In this document: positions 1 to 11,506 of the stretch, in pieces
Layout of the letters: every line of letters starts with the position of its first letter
Position numbering within the stretch: the first letter of the stretch is position 1
Assembly (NCBI RefSeq): GCF_000195955.2
Contig: NC_000962.3
Coordinates: 810,001 to 842,000 of the forward strand
Source: Mycobacterium tuberculosis H37Rv
Lineage (GTDB): Bacteria > Actinomycetota > Actinomycetes > Mycobacteriales > Mycobacteriaceae
DNA length: 32,000 nt
Reading direction: 5' to 3'
Made by a program: the position numbers and the translations under genes
Notes under the pieces: model-generated
Database searches by the model: none
What the model was told of the DNA's origin: nothing
The model's input: the letters and a program-made list of their open reading frames with translations, nothing else

Positions 1-26
1 CGGGAGCCTCGCCAGAACACAAACAC

Positions 27-887
27 ATGTCGCGGCGAAAGCACCTCGTGCTCGATGTCTGCATCATCCTGGGTGTTCTCATTGCCTACGTCTTTTCGCT
101 GCTCGGCTACGACTGGTTGGCCCACACACCGGGTCCGCTTCCGCAGCCGGACGTGGGCACGACTGACGACACCGTGGTTTTGATCCGCTTCGAGGAGCTG
201 CACACTGTGGCAAATCGCCTCGATGTGAAAGTGCTGGTGCTGCCCGACGATTCGATGATCGACCATCGCCTCCAAGTGTTGACTACCGACACCTCGGTGC
301 GGTTGTATCCGGAGAACGAACTCGGAGATCTGCAGTACCCGGTAGGAAAGCTGCCCGCGCAAGTAGCGACCACGATCGAGGCGCACGGCAACCCGGGCGC
401 CTGGCCATTCGATACATACACCACCGATACGGTCCAGGCCGATGTGCTCGTCGGCGCTGGCGACAACCGTCAATACGTACCCGCCCGGGTCGAAGTGACC
501 GGATCGCTGGAAGGCTGGGACATCAGCGCCGTCCGCGTCGGGGAAAGCAGCCAAACCTCTGATCGCCCGGACAATGTCATCATCACCCTGAAGAGGGCCA
601 AGGGTCCGCTGGTTTTCGACCTGGGCATCTGCCTGGTGCTGATCACATTGCCGACGTTGGCCTTGTTCGTGGCCATCCAGATGATTACCGGCCGCAGAAA
701 ATTCCAACCACCGTTCGGCACTTGGTACGCCGCGATGTTGTTCGCTGTCGTGCCGCTGCGCACTATTCTCCCGGGCTCGCCGCCGGCGGGTGCGTGGATT
801 GACCGGGCCGTTGTGATCTGGGTGCTCATAGCGCTGGCGGCGGCGATGGTGGTGTACATCGTCGCCTGGTACCGAGAATCGGACTAA
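27..887 (+). CDS. Conserved integral membrane protein (Rv0713-like). The frame is open to the left window edge, so the true start may lie upstream.
   Basis: 286-codon ORF. Hydrophobic N-terminal helix (LVLDVCIILGVLIAYVFSLLG) and C-terminal helices (GICLVLITLPTLALFVAIQMI, WYAAMLFAVVPL, VVIWVLIALAAAMVVYIVAW). No in-frame stop between nt 3 and the ATG at 27. Confidence 0.7.
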   Translation: MSRRKHLVLDVCIILGVLIAYVFSLLGYDWLAHTPGPLPQPDVGTTDDTVVLIRFEELHTVANRLDVKVLVLPDDSMIDHRLQVLTTDTSVRLYPENELGDLQYPVGKLPAQVATTIEAHGNPGAWPFDTYTTDTVQADVLVGAGDNRQYVPARVEVTGSLEGWDISAVRVGESSQTSDRPDNVIITLKRAKGPLVFDLGICLVLITLPTLALFVAIQMITGRRKFQPPFGTWYAAMLFAVVPLRTILPGSPPAGAWIDRAVVIWVLIALAAAMVVYIVAWYRESD

Positions 888-1193
888 GGCGGGCGTCAGA
901 TGGCTTCTGTCGACGCGTCCGGAGGGTTTCCGCTGGATTTCATAAACAGGCGCTAGCGCGGTGTCCAACGATACGATTGGGGCCCATGCGGCCCGACGAG
1001 ATCGGCTCGCTGCGGGCCGGCCTGGCGGCTGTTGCGCGGTGAACTCAAAACGCGTTGACGCCGGATCAGCTATCCGATGATTCAGGCGGAGATCTCGACG
1101 ATCGTGGGCGCTACCGCCAATCCGGTATCCGGGTAGATCATGATCGACATGGGTTGATCTGCCCTGGTGGGGCGGACTCACATTAGCGAAATT

Positions 1194-1221
1194 TTGCGCT
1201 GAGTAGGTCGTCCCCTAAACT
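1194..1221 (+). promoter_or_regulatory. Candidate sigma-A type promoter for the rplN (spc) operon
   Basis: TTGCGC (1194-1199), 16-nt spacer, TAAACT (1216-1221), about 150 nt upstream of rplN in a 485-nt intergenic region. Motif-level only. Confidence 0.2.
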
Positions 1222-1372
1222 TCAGGGGTTGCCGTGAGCAGACCTCGGCCGGCGCGCATAAGCTTTGCTTGGTCGGCCCCGCGTGCCCGTCGGCGACAAA
1301 GACCGCGCACGTCAGGGATGGTCCTGGCTGGCTCCTCCTACCGTGCACACGTCAACCAGGTCAGGAGATCTA

Positions 1373-1741
1373 GTGATTCAGCAGGAATCGCGGCTGAAGG
1401 TCGCCGACAACACCGGCGCCAAGGAGATCTTGTGCATCCGGGTGCTGGGCGGTTCGTCGCGACGCTACGCCGGCATCGGTGACGTCATCGTCGCCACCGT
1501 GAAGGACGCCATTCCGGGCGGCAACGTTAAGCGGGGGGATGTCGTCAAGGCCGTCGTGGTGCGCACAGTCAAGGAACGCCGACGTCCCGACGGCAGCTAC
1601 ATCAAGTTCGACGAGAACGCCGCGGTGATCATCAAGCCCGACAACGACCCGCGCGGCACCCGCATTTTTGGACCGGTCGGTCGCGAGCTGCGGGAGAAGC
1701 GGTTTATGAAGATCATTTCGCTGGCCCCGGAGGTGTTGTAG
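1373..1741 (+). CDS. rplN: 50S ribosomal protein L14
   Basis: GTG at 1373 preceded by AGGAGA (1363-1368). 122 aa, [18 protein letters not shown]...[10 protein letters not shown], a canonical L14 sequence. The longer ORF starting at 1265 is an upstream extension. Confidence 0.97.
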
Positions 1742-2059
1742 ATGAAGGTCCACAAAGGCGACACCGTGCTGGTGATTTCGGGCAAAGATAAAGGGGCCAA
1801 GGGCAAAGTCTTGCAGGCGTATCCGGACCGCAACCGGGTATTGGTCGAGGGTGTCAACCGGATCAAGAAGCACACCGCGATCTCGACCACCCAGCGGGGC
1901 GCGCGTTCGGGTGGGATCGTCACCCAGGAAGCGCCGATCCATGTCTCCAACGTGATGGTGGTTGACTCCGACGGCAAGCCCACCCGAATCGGCTATCGGG
2001 TCGACGAGGAGACCGGCAAGCGCGTCCGTATCTCCAAGCGCAACGGCAAGGACATTTGA
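1742..2059 (+). CDS. rplX: 50S ribosomal protein L24
   Basis: 105 aa, [23 protein letters not shown] (KOW motif). The ATG immediately follows the rplN stop. Confidence 0.97.
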
Positions 2060-2622
2060 TGACCACTGCACAGAAGGTTCAGCCGCGCCTCAAGGAGCGC
2101 TACCGCAGTGAGATTCGGGATGCGCTGCGCAAGCAGTTCGGCTACGGCAATGTCATGCAGATCCCGACGGTGACGAAAGTCGTCGTCAACATGGGTGTCG
2201 GCGAGGCCGCCCGGGACGCCAAGTTGATCAACGGGGCGGTCAACGATTTGGCGCTGATCACCGGGCAGAAGCCGGAAGTCCGCCGGGCGCGCAAGTCCAT
2301 CGCGCAGTTCAAATTGCGTGAGGGCATGCCGGTGGGCGTCCGAGTCACGCTGCGCGGTGACCGGATGTGGGAGTTCCTTGACCGGCTCACGTCGATCGCA
2401 CTGCCACGCATCCGTGACTTCCGTGGGCTTTCGCCCAAACAGTTCGACGGTGTGGGCAACTACACCTTCGGGCTGGCCGAGCAGGCGGTATTCCACGAGG
2501 TCGACGTGGACAAGATTGACCGGGTCCGTGGCATGGACATCAACGTCGTCACTTCCGCGGCGACCGACGACGAAGGCCGAGCGCTGTTGCGGGCCCTCGG
2601 CTTTCCCTTCAAGGAGAACTGA
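2059..2622 (+). CDS. rplE: 50S ribosomal protein L5
   Basis: ATG at 2059 overlaps the rplX TGA (ATTTGATG). A TTG at 2056 is an alternative start. 187 aa with typical L5 sequence (PRLKERY...[18 protein letters not shown]). Confidence 0.95.
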
Positions 2623-2626
2623 GCAG

Positions 2627-2812
2627 ATGGCGAAGAAGGCACTGGTCAACAAGGCCGCAGGCAAACCGAGGTTTGCCGTGCGCGCCTACACCCGTTGCAG
2701 CAAGTGCGGCCGCCCGCGTGCGGTCTACCGCAAGTTCGGGCTGTGCAGGATTTGCCTGCGCGAGATGGCGCACGCGGGTGAGTTGCCCGGCGTGCAGAAG
2801 AGCAGCTGGTAA
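2627..2812 (+). CDS. rpsN: 30S ribosomal protein S14, short zinc-ribbon (type Z, C+) form
   Basis: 61 aa, [61 protein letters not shown], with two CxxC pairs. It is embedded in the longer ORF 2318..2812. Confidence 0.95.
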   Translation: MAKKALVNKAAGKPRFAVRAYTRCSKCGRPRAVYRKFGLCRICLREMAHAGELPGVQKSSW

Positions 2813-2834
2813 CGGGACACGGGGACTAGAACAT

Positions 2835-2975
2835 ATGACCGCGCTGACGACGATGCAGTGGGGGTACCCCCAGACGCGCAGCGGCGAGGGGGCCGCAAGC
2901 GATGAGGAGGAGTAGCGCTCGATGACCGCGCTGACGACGATGCAGAGCGCAAGCGATGAGGAGGAGTAGCGCTCG
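2835..2975 (+). repeat. MIRU-type tandem intergenic repeat: two units (87 bp at 2835-2921, 54 bp at 2922-2975), each a mini-ORF
   Basis: Both units begin ATGACCGCGCTGACGACGATGCAG and end GCAAGCGATGAGGAGGAGTAGCGCTCG. The mini-ORFs 2835-2915 and 2922-2969 end GAGGAGGAGTAG, 6 nt before the next ATG. Confidence 0.85.
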
Positions 2976-3374
2976 ATGACGATGACGGACCCGATCGCAG
3001 ACTTTTTGACCCGTCTGCGTAACGCCAACTCGGCGTATCACGACGAGGTCAGCTTGCCGCACTCCAAGCTCAAGGCCAACATCGCGCAGATTCTCAAGAA
3101 CGAGGGGTACATCAGCGACTTCCGAACCGAGGACGCTCGGGTCGGTAAATCGCTGGTTATCCAGCTCAAGTACGGCCCTAGCCGGGAGCGCAGCATCGCC
3201 GGGTTGCGGCGGGTGTCCAAGCCCGGCCTGCGGGTGTACGCGAAATCCACCAATCTGCCGCGGGTGCTCGGCGGCCTGGGCGTGGCGATCATCTCGACCT
3301 CCTCGGGCCTGCTGACTGACCGGCAGGCAGCTAGACAGGGCGTGGGCGGCGAAGTCCTCGCATATGTCTGGTGA
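2976..3374 (+). CDS. rpsH: 30S ribosomal protein S8
   Basis: 132 aa, [25 protein letters not shown], a canonical S8 N-terminus. The Shine-Dalgarno is supplied by the last repeat unit. Confidence 0.97.
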
Positions 3375-3397
3375 GAGTGTGGTGAGAGGAAGCAACC

Positions 3398-3937
3398 ATG
3401 TCGCGTATTGGTAAGCAGCCGATTCCGGTGCCCGCCGGGGTCGACGTCACGATCGAGGGACAGAGCATCTCGGTTAAGGGGCCCAAGGGCACCCTAGGAC
3501 TGACGGTCGCCGAGCCAATCAAAGTGGCACGCAATGACGACGGCGCTATCGTGGTCACCCGTCCCGACGATGAGCGGCGTAATCGCTCCTTACACGGGCT
3601 GTCCCGTACCCTGGTGTCCAACCTGGTCACTGGCGTGACGCAGGGGTACACCACCAAGATGGAGATCTTCGGGGTTGGCTATCGGGTGCAGCTCAAGGGC
3701 TCCAATCTGGAGTTTGCGCTGGGGTACAGCCACCCGGTGGTGATCGAGGCTCCCGAAGGAATCACGTTCGCCGTCCAGGCACCGACGAAGTTCACCGTTT
3801 CCGGGATCGACAAACAAAAAGTCGGCCAGATCGCCGCCAATATCCGCCGTCTTCGCCGTCCCGATCCGTACAAGGGCAAGGGCGTGCGCTACGAGGGCGA
3901 GCAGATCCGCCGCAAGGTCGGAAAGACAGGTAAGTAG
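3398..3937 (+). CDS. rplF: 50S ribosomal protein L6
   Basis: 179 aa, [38 protein letters not shown] lies upstream. Confidence 0.97.
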
Positions 3938-3939
3938 CC

Positions 3940-4308
3940 ATGGCGCAATCAGTTTCCGCGACTCGACGAATCTCCCGCCTGCGCCGGCACACGCGGCTGC
4001 GGAAGAAGCTCTCGGGCACCGCGGAGCGCCCGCGGCTGGTGGTGCATCGGTCCGCGCGGCACATCCACGTGCAACTGGTGAACGACCTCAACGGCACCAC
4101 CGTGGCCGCCGCTTCGTCGATCGAGGCCGATGTGCGCGGCGTGCCGGGTGACAAAAAGGCCCGCAGTGTGCGGGTCGGCCAGTTGATCGCCGAGCGGGCC
4201 AAAGCCGCCGGCATCGACACCGTGGTATTCGACCGCGGCGGGTATACCTACGGCGGACGAATCGCCGCGCTGGCCGACGCCGCACGCGAGAACGGATTGA
4301 GTTTCTGA
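3940..4308 (+). CDS. rplR: 50S ribosomal protein L18
   Basis: 122 aa ending [28 protein letters not shown]. Confidence 0.96.
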
Positions 4309-4327
4309 TGAACGGGAGGACCGCATA

Positions 4328-4990
4328 ATGGCGGAGCAGCCGGCCGGACAGGCAGGCACTACCGACAACCGTGACGCACGGGGTGATCGGGAGGGCCGGC
4401 GCCGCGACAGCGGCCGCGGCAGTCGTGAACGGGATGGCGAGAAGAGCAACTATCTAGAGCGGGTCGTCGCCATCAACCGCGTCTCCAAGGTGGTCAAGGG
4501 TGGTCGGCGCTTCAGCTTCACCGCTTTGGTCATCGTGGGCGACGGTAACGGGATGGTCGGTGTCGGCTACGGCAAGGCCAAGGAAGTACCGGCCGCGATC
4601 GCCAAGGGCGTCGAAGAGGCGCGCAAAAGCTTCTTCCGGGTACCGCTGATCGGCGGCACCATCACGCACCCGGTGCAGGGCGAGGCGGCCGCCGGTGTGG
4701 TGTTGCTACGGCCGGCCAGCCCGGGTACCGGTGTGATCGCCGGTGGTGCGGCCCGCGCGGTGCTGGAATGTGCGGGGGTGCACGACATCTTGGCCAAGTC
4801 GCTGGGCAGTGACAACGCGATCAATGTGGTGCACGCCACCGTGGCCGCGCTCAAGCTGCTGCAGCGTCCGGAGGAGGTGGCGGCGCGCCGCGGTTTGCCG
4901 ATAGAGGACGTCGCCCCGGCCGGGATGCTGAAGGCGCGTCGGAAAAGTGAAGCGCTGGCCGCCAGCGTTTTGCCGGATAGAACGATATAG
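4328..4990 (+). CDS. rpsE: 30S ribosomal protein S5 with an Arg/Asp-rich N-terminal extension
   Basis: 220 aa. The S5 core is [48 protein letters not shown]. Confidence 0.96.
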
Positions 4991-4992
4991 CC

Positions 4993-5190
4993 ATGTCACA
5001 GCTGAAGATCACCCAGGTGCGCAGCACCATCGGAGCACGCTGGAAGCAGCGCGAGAGCCTGCGCACTCTGGGCTTACGAAGGATTCGTCATTCGGTGATC
5101 CGCGAAGACAACGCAGCGACTCGCGGACTGATCGCGGTGGTGCGTCACCTCGTGGAGGTTGAGCCCGCGCAGACCGGAGGGAAGACATAG
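4993..5190 (+). CDS. rpmD: 50S ribosomal protein L30
   Basis: 65 aa, [35 protein letters not shown]. Confidence 0.95.
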
Positions 5191-5630
5191 TGACGCTCAA
5201 GCTGCATGACCTGCGCCCCGCGCGGGGGTCCAAGATCGCCCGCACCCGAGTCGGTCGAGGTGACGGCTCCAAGGGCAAGACGGCCGGCCGTGGCACCAAG
5301 GGCACCAGGGCCCGCAAGCAGGTGCCGGTGACCTTCGAGGGCGGGCAGATGCCGATCCACATGCGGCTGCCCAAGCTCAAGGGCTTCCGTAACCGGTTTC
5401 GCACCGAATACGAAATTGTCAACGTCGGCGACATCAACCGGCTGTTTCCGCAGGGTGGTGCCGTCGGCGTGGACGACCTGGTGGCCAAGGGGGCCGTCCG
5501 CAAGAACGCTCTGGTCAAGGTGTTGGGTGACGGCAAGCTGACCGCCAAGGTCGACGTGTCCGCGCACAAGTTCAGCGGCAGCGCGCGCGCGAAGATCACC
5601 GCAGCGGGCGGTTCAGCCACCGAGCTCTAG
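5190..5630 (+). CDS. rplO: 50S ribosomal protein L15
   Basis: GTG at 5190 overlaps the last base of the rpmD TAG. 146 aa, [36 protein letters not shown]. Confidence 0.96.
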
Positions 5631-5636
5631 TTTCGG

Positions 5637-5696
5637 GCGAGCAGACGCAAAATGCCCCCGAAATGCCCATTTTCGGGGGCTTTTGCGTCTGCTCGC
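5637..5696 (+). terminator. Long near-perfect hairpin, copy 1 of a repeated element; likely the spc-operon terminator
   Basis: 5637-5663 pairs with 5671-5696: 26 bp with one bulged T at 5653 and loop TGCCCAT. The inner GC-rich stem GCCCCCGAAA/TTTCGGGGGC is followed by TTTT. The hairpin starts 7 nt after the rplO stop. Confidence 0.7.
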
Positions 5697-5731
5697 GGGC
5701 CCTTGGCGGCCGGTGGGTACGCTGGGTGAAT

Positions 5732-7534
5732 ATGGTTGCCTTTCTGCCTTCCATTCCCGTTGTCGAGGACCTACGCGCCCTGGTCGGCCGGGTTGATACC
5801 GCCCGCCACCACGGTGTACCCAACGGCTGCGTGCTCGAATTCAACCTGCGATCGGTGCCGCCGGAGACGACGGGCTTCGACCCTCTTACGGTGCTCACCG
5901 GGGGTGGGCGGCCGATGGCGCTGCGCGATGCGGTCGCCGCGATCCACCGTGCCGCCGAGGACCCCCGGGTAGCCGGGCTGATAGCCCGCGTGCAGCTTCC
6001 GCCCTCGCCGGCGGGGGCGGTTCAGGAGCTGCGGGAGGCCATCGCGGCCTTCAGTGCGGTCAAGCCGTCGCTGGCCTGGGCCGAAACTTATCCGGGCACC
6101 CTGTCCTACTATCTGGCTTCGGCGTTCGGTGAGGTCTGGATGCAACCCTCGGGGAGTGTGGGGCTGGTCGGCTTCGCCACCAACGCCACATTCCTGCGCG
6201 ACGCCCTGCACAAGGCGGGCATCGAGGCCCAGTTCGTCGCCCGGGGCGAATACAAGTCGGCGGCAAACCTTTTCACCGAGGATGGCTTCACAGACGCCCA
6301 CCGCGAAGCGGTCACGCGGATGCTGGACAGTCTGCAGGACCAGGTGTGGCAGGCGGTCGCCAAGTCGCGCAATATCGGCGTCGATGCGCTTGATGAGCTG
6401 GCTGACCGGGCTCCGCTATTGCGGGACGACGCCGTGACTTGCGGTCTGATCGACCGGATCGGATTTCGCGACCAAGCCTACGCCCGTATGGCGGAATTGG
6501 TTGGTGTGGAAAAAGGTTCACCGGAATCCAGTGGCTCGCAAACAAGCCCAGACGAAAAGCCGCCGCGGATGTACCTGGCGCGCTACGCCAGTTCGGCCCG
6601 GCCACGGCTGACGCCCCCCGTCCCATCGATTCCTGGTCGCCGGTCCAAGCCGACGATCGCGGTGGTGACCCTGGAAGGCCCGATCGTCAACGGTCGTGGT
6701 GGGCCCCAGTTTCTGCCGCTCGGTCCGTCGAGCGCCGGCGGTGACACCATCGCGGCAGCGCTGCGGGAGGTGGCCGCCGACGATTCGGTGTCGGCGATAG
6801 TGCTGCGGGTCGACAGTCCGGGGGGCTCGGTCACCGCATCGGAGACTATCTGGCGTGAGGTGGCCAGGGCCCGCGACCGTGGCAAACCGGTGGTGGCGTC
6901 GATGGGTGCGGTCGCCGCCTCCGGTGGCTATTACGTGTCGATGGGTGCCGACGCCATCGTGGCCAACCCGGGCACCATCACCGGGTCGATCGGTGTGATC
7001 ACCGGAAAGCTGGTGGTTCGGGATCTCAAGGACCGGTTGGGTGTCGGGTCGGATGCGGTGCGCACCAACGCTAATGCCGATGCCTGGTCGATCGACGCAC
7101 CCTTCACCCCGGACCAGCAGGCCCATCGCGAGGCGGAGGCGGACTTGTTCTACAGCGACTTCGTGGAACGCGTCGCCGAGGGCCGCAAGATGACTACCGA
7201 CGCCGTGGACGTCGTTGCGCGAGGCCGGGTCTGGACCGGTGCCGACGCTCTCGATCGCGGCCTGGTCGACGAACTCGGCGGCCTTCGAACCGCGGTGCGT
7301 CGCGCGAAGGTGCTAGCCGGACTAGATGAGGACACCGAGGTTCGCATAGTCAGTTATCCGGGGTCGTCACTCTGGGACATGGTGCGACCGCGTCCGTCGT
7401 CACGACCGGCAGCGGCATCGCTGCCGGATGCTATGGGTGCGCTGCTTGCCCGTTCGATCGTCGGCATCGTCGAGCAGGTGGAACAGACTCTCAGTGGTGC
7501 CAGCGTGTTGTGGCTGGGGGAGTCGCGCCTCTAG
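5732..7534 (+). CDS. sppA: Signal peptide peptidase SppA, two-domain (67K-type) S49 serine protease
   Basis: Tandem S49 domains. The N-terminal domain carries [10 protein letters not shown] (Lys of the dyad) and the C-terminal domain carries [17 protein letters not shown] (Ser of the dyad). The ORF opens at ATG 5663, but that codon lies inside the hairpin loop, so ATG 5732 (MVAFLPSIP...) is preferred. Confidence 0.85.
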   Translation: MVAFLPSIPVVEDLRALVGRVDTARHHGVPNGCVLEFNLRSVPPETTGFDPLTVLTGGGRPMALRDAVAAIHRAAEDPRVAGLIARVQLPPSPAGAVQELREAIAAFSAVKPSLAWAETYPGTLSYYLASAFGEVWMQPSGSVGLVGFATNATFLRDALHKAGIEAQFVARGEYKSAANLFTEDGFTDAHREAVTRMLDSLQDQVWQAVAKSRNIGVDALDELADRAPLLRDDAVTCGLIDRIGFRDQAYARMAELVGVEKGSPESSGSQTSPDEKPPRMYLARYASSARPRLTPPVPSIPGRRSKPTIAVVTLEGPIVNGRGGPQFLPLGPSSAGGDTIAAALREVAADDSVSAIVLRVDSPGGSVTASETIWREVARARDRGKPVVASMGAVAASGGYYVSMGADAIVANPGTITGSIGVITGKLVVRDLKDRLGVGSDAVRTNANADAWSIDAPFTPDQQAHREAEADLFYSDFVERVAEGRKMTTDAVDVVARGRVWTGADALDRGLVDELGGLRTAVRRAKVLAGLDEDTEVRIVSYPGSSLWDMVRPRPSSRPAAASLPDAMGALLARSIVGIVEQVEQTLSGASVLWLGESRL

Positions 7535-8444
7535 CCGTTCAAACGACCGCTGATGAAGATGATTTCGCCGAGCGGATCGTCGTCGTGTGGGGCGGGAACG
7601 GGCAAACCATTGCGCCTGAATAGGTCGGTCCGCACTGTGCCCTCAACGTCCCAGCCCTTGGCGCGCAGGTAGTCGACGACGTGGCTGCGTTCGCCGGAAT
7701 ACACCAGCGACGCCATGTCGATGTCCACGCCGTGCTTGCGAAACGAATCCGCCATTTCTCGTACCCGGCCTGCGTCGAAATCCACAATGCCCGGGACAAG
7801 TTCGGTAGCGATCGTGCTGCCCGCAACACTGAGTTCGGTGCTGTTGTCGAACAACCGGTCCTGGGATCCGGCGGCAGGTAGATCAGCATGCCTTCGGCCA
7901 ACCATGCTGTCGGTGCCGTCGAGTCCAGGCCGGCAGCTTGCAGTGCCGCCGGCCAGTCCGCGCGCAAGTCGATGTACACCGTGCGCCGAATGGCGGTGGG
8001 CTTGGCGCCGATGCCGGCCAAGGTGGTTGTCTTGAAGTCGATCACCTGTGGTTGGTCGATCTCGTAGACCACGGTGCCGGCCGGCCACGGCAACCGATAG
8101 GCGCGCGCGTCCAACCCGGCTGCCAGGATCACCACTTGTCGCACTCCGCCGTCCGTGGCAGTGCGGAAGTAGTCGTCGAAGTACTTGGTGCGCACCGCTA
8201 TCCCGTCGATCATCGCCTGTGCCCGCCCCGGCGAAAGGTTCCCGGTCGTCGCGATATCGAGCTCGCCGTCGATCAACTTGGTGAAGAAATCCAGCCCGAC
8301 CGCGCGCACCAGCGGTTCGGCGAACGGGTCGTTGATCAAACCTCGTGGATCCTTGGTCGCCAACGCGCGTCCGGCAGCAACCATGGTCGCGGTAGCCCCG
8401 ACGCTGGAGGCTAGATCCCAGTTGTCGTCGTGAGCGCGCGGCAT
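7531..8444 (-). pseudogene. Frameshifted SAM-dependent methyltransferase (UPF0677 / LCM-like family paralog; Rv0725c region)
   Basis: The N-terminal ~190 codons are family-like in the frame of ORF 7539..8444 ([21 protein letters not shown]...[15 protein letters not shown]...[11 protein letters not shown]). The conserved C-terminal part ([16 protein letters not shown]...[12 protein letters not shown]) continues in the frame of ORF 7531..8088. Confidence 0.75.
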
Positions 8445-8536
8445 CTGCGCCCTATGTCCGGGTCGCAGCGACGTAGTTCATTGTGCCGGGACGGCCGCTG
8501 CAGCGCTGAGGTCGGCCAGTGTACGCGACCGCCAAC

Positions 8537-10495
<1,959 letters not shown>

Positions 10496-10499
<4 letters not shown>

Positions 10500-11476
10500 G
10501 AGCCCAATACCTCCGGGTTGACGACATGGGCGGGCCTGTTGCCGGACAGCAGTGCGCCCAGGTCGTCGGCGACCATCCGCGCCTGCCGGGCCTCGGTGTT
10601 CCAGGTGGCCCCGCCGATGTGGGGGGTGAGGACGACATTGGGCATGCTCACCAAAGGGTGATCGGTCGGCAGCCATTCACCGGTGAAGTGGTCCAGGCCG
10701 GCGGCGGCCAGCTTGCCGCCACGCAGGGCGTCGACGAGCGCATCGGTGTCGCGCAGCTGGGACCGGGCGGTGTTGAGAAACACCGCACCGTCGCGCATGG
10801 CCGCGAACTGCTGGGCACCGATCATCCCGATCGTGTCGTCGGTGACCGCCGCGTGCATGGAGACGATGTCAGCCTCGGCCAGCAGCTCGTCAAGGCTGTG
10901 GCCGGCGTCGTCGCGGTAAGGATCGTGCGCGATGACCCGCAGGCCCAGCCCGGACAGCCTCCAGCGCACCGCGCGACCGACGGCACCCAGGCCCACCAGC
11001 CCGGCAGTCAGCCCGGCGATTTCGGCACCGCGGAACCGCTGATAGGGGATGGTGCCGTCGCGAAAGATGTTGCCGGACCGCACATCTGCGTCCGCGGGAA
11101 TCAGGTGCCGGGCGACGGCCAGCAACAGGGCCACCGTCATCTCGGCGACAGCGTCGGCGTTGCGAGCCGGGGTGTGCAGCACCGGTATGCCGGCCGCGGT
11201 GGCGCCGGGGATGTCGACGTTGCTGGGATCCCCGCGGGTGGCGGCGACCACCCGCAACCCCCGCTCGAACACCGGGCCACCGACCGAGTCACTTTCCACC
11301 ACAAGAACATCGGCGGCGACGGCGGTGATCCGGTCAGCTAGCTGCTCGGCGCTGTAGATTCGCAGCGGTCGCTGATCGATCCACGGGTCGTATACCACGT
11401 CGGCTAGCCGCCGGAGCTGGGCGAACCCCGGTCCACGCAATGGAGCCGTCACCAGAGCACGCGGTCGAGGCGTCAC
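10496..11476 (-). CDS. serA2: D-isomer-specific 2-hydroxyacid dehydrogenase (annotated serA2 by homology)
   Basis: NAD-binding GLVGLGAVGRAV, catalytic-region LTPHIGGAT. Start is GTG 11476 or TTG 11485. Confidence 0.88.
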
Positions 11477-11506
11477 GTTTGCCAATGCTGGCGTACGGTG
11501 GCGCCC

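Noticed and set aside
887-1372. Possible regulatory RNA or small ORF in the 485-nt spacer upstream of rplN
   Set aside because: I found only a weak promoter-like hexamer pair and a short 5-bp hairpin (CCCCT/AGGGG at 1211-1227). There is no conserved structure or credible ORF that I can support by eye.
1370-5620. Numerous antisense or alternate-frame ORFs within the ribosomal protein operon (for example 1370..2071, 1993..2664, 2826..3395, 5009..5620)
   Set aside because: These are high-GC artefacts. Each overlaps an unambiguous ribosomal protein gene and has no recognisable sequence family.
10500-10676. 59-codon upstream extension of the aldolase ORF (9843..10676)
   Set aside because: It overlaps the 3' end of the dehydrogenase gene in another frame. 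The ATGA overlap at 10496-10499 and the family alignment support the start at 10499.
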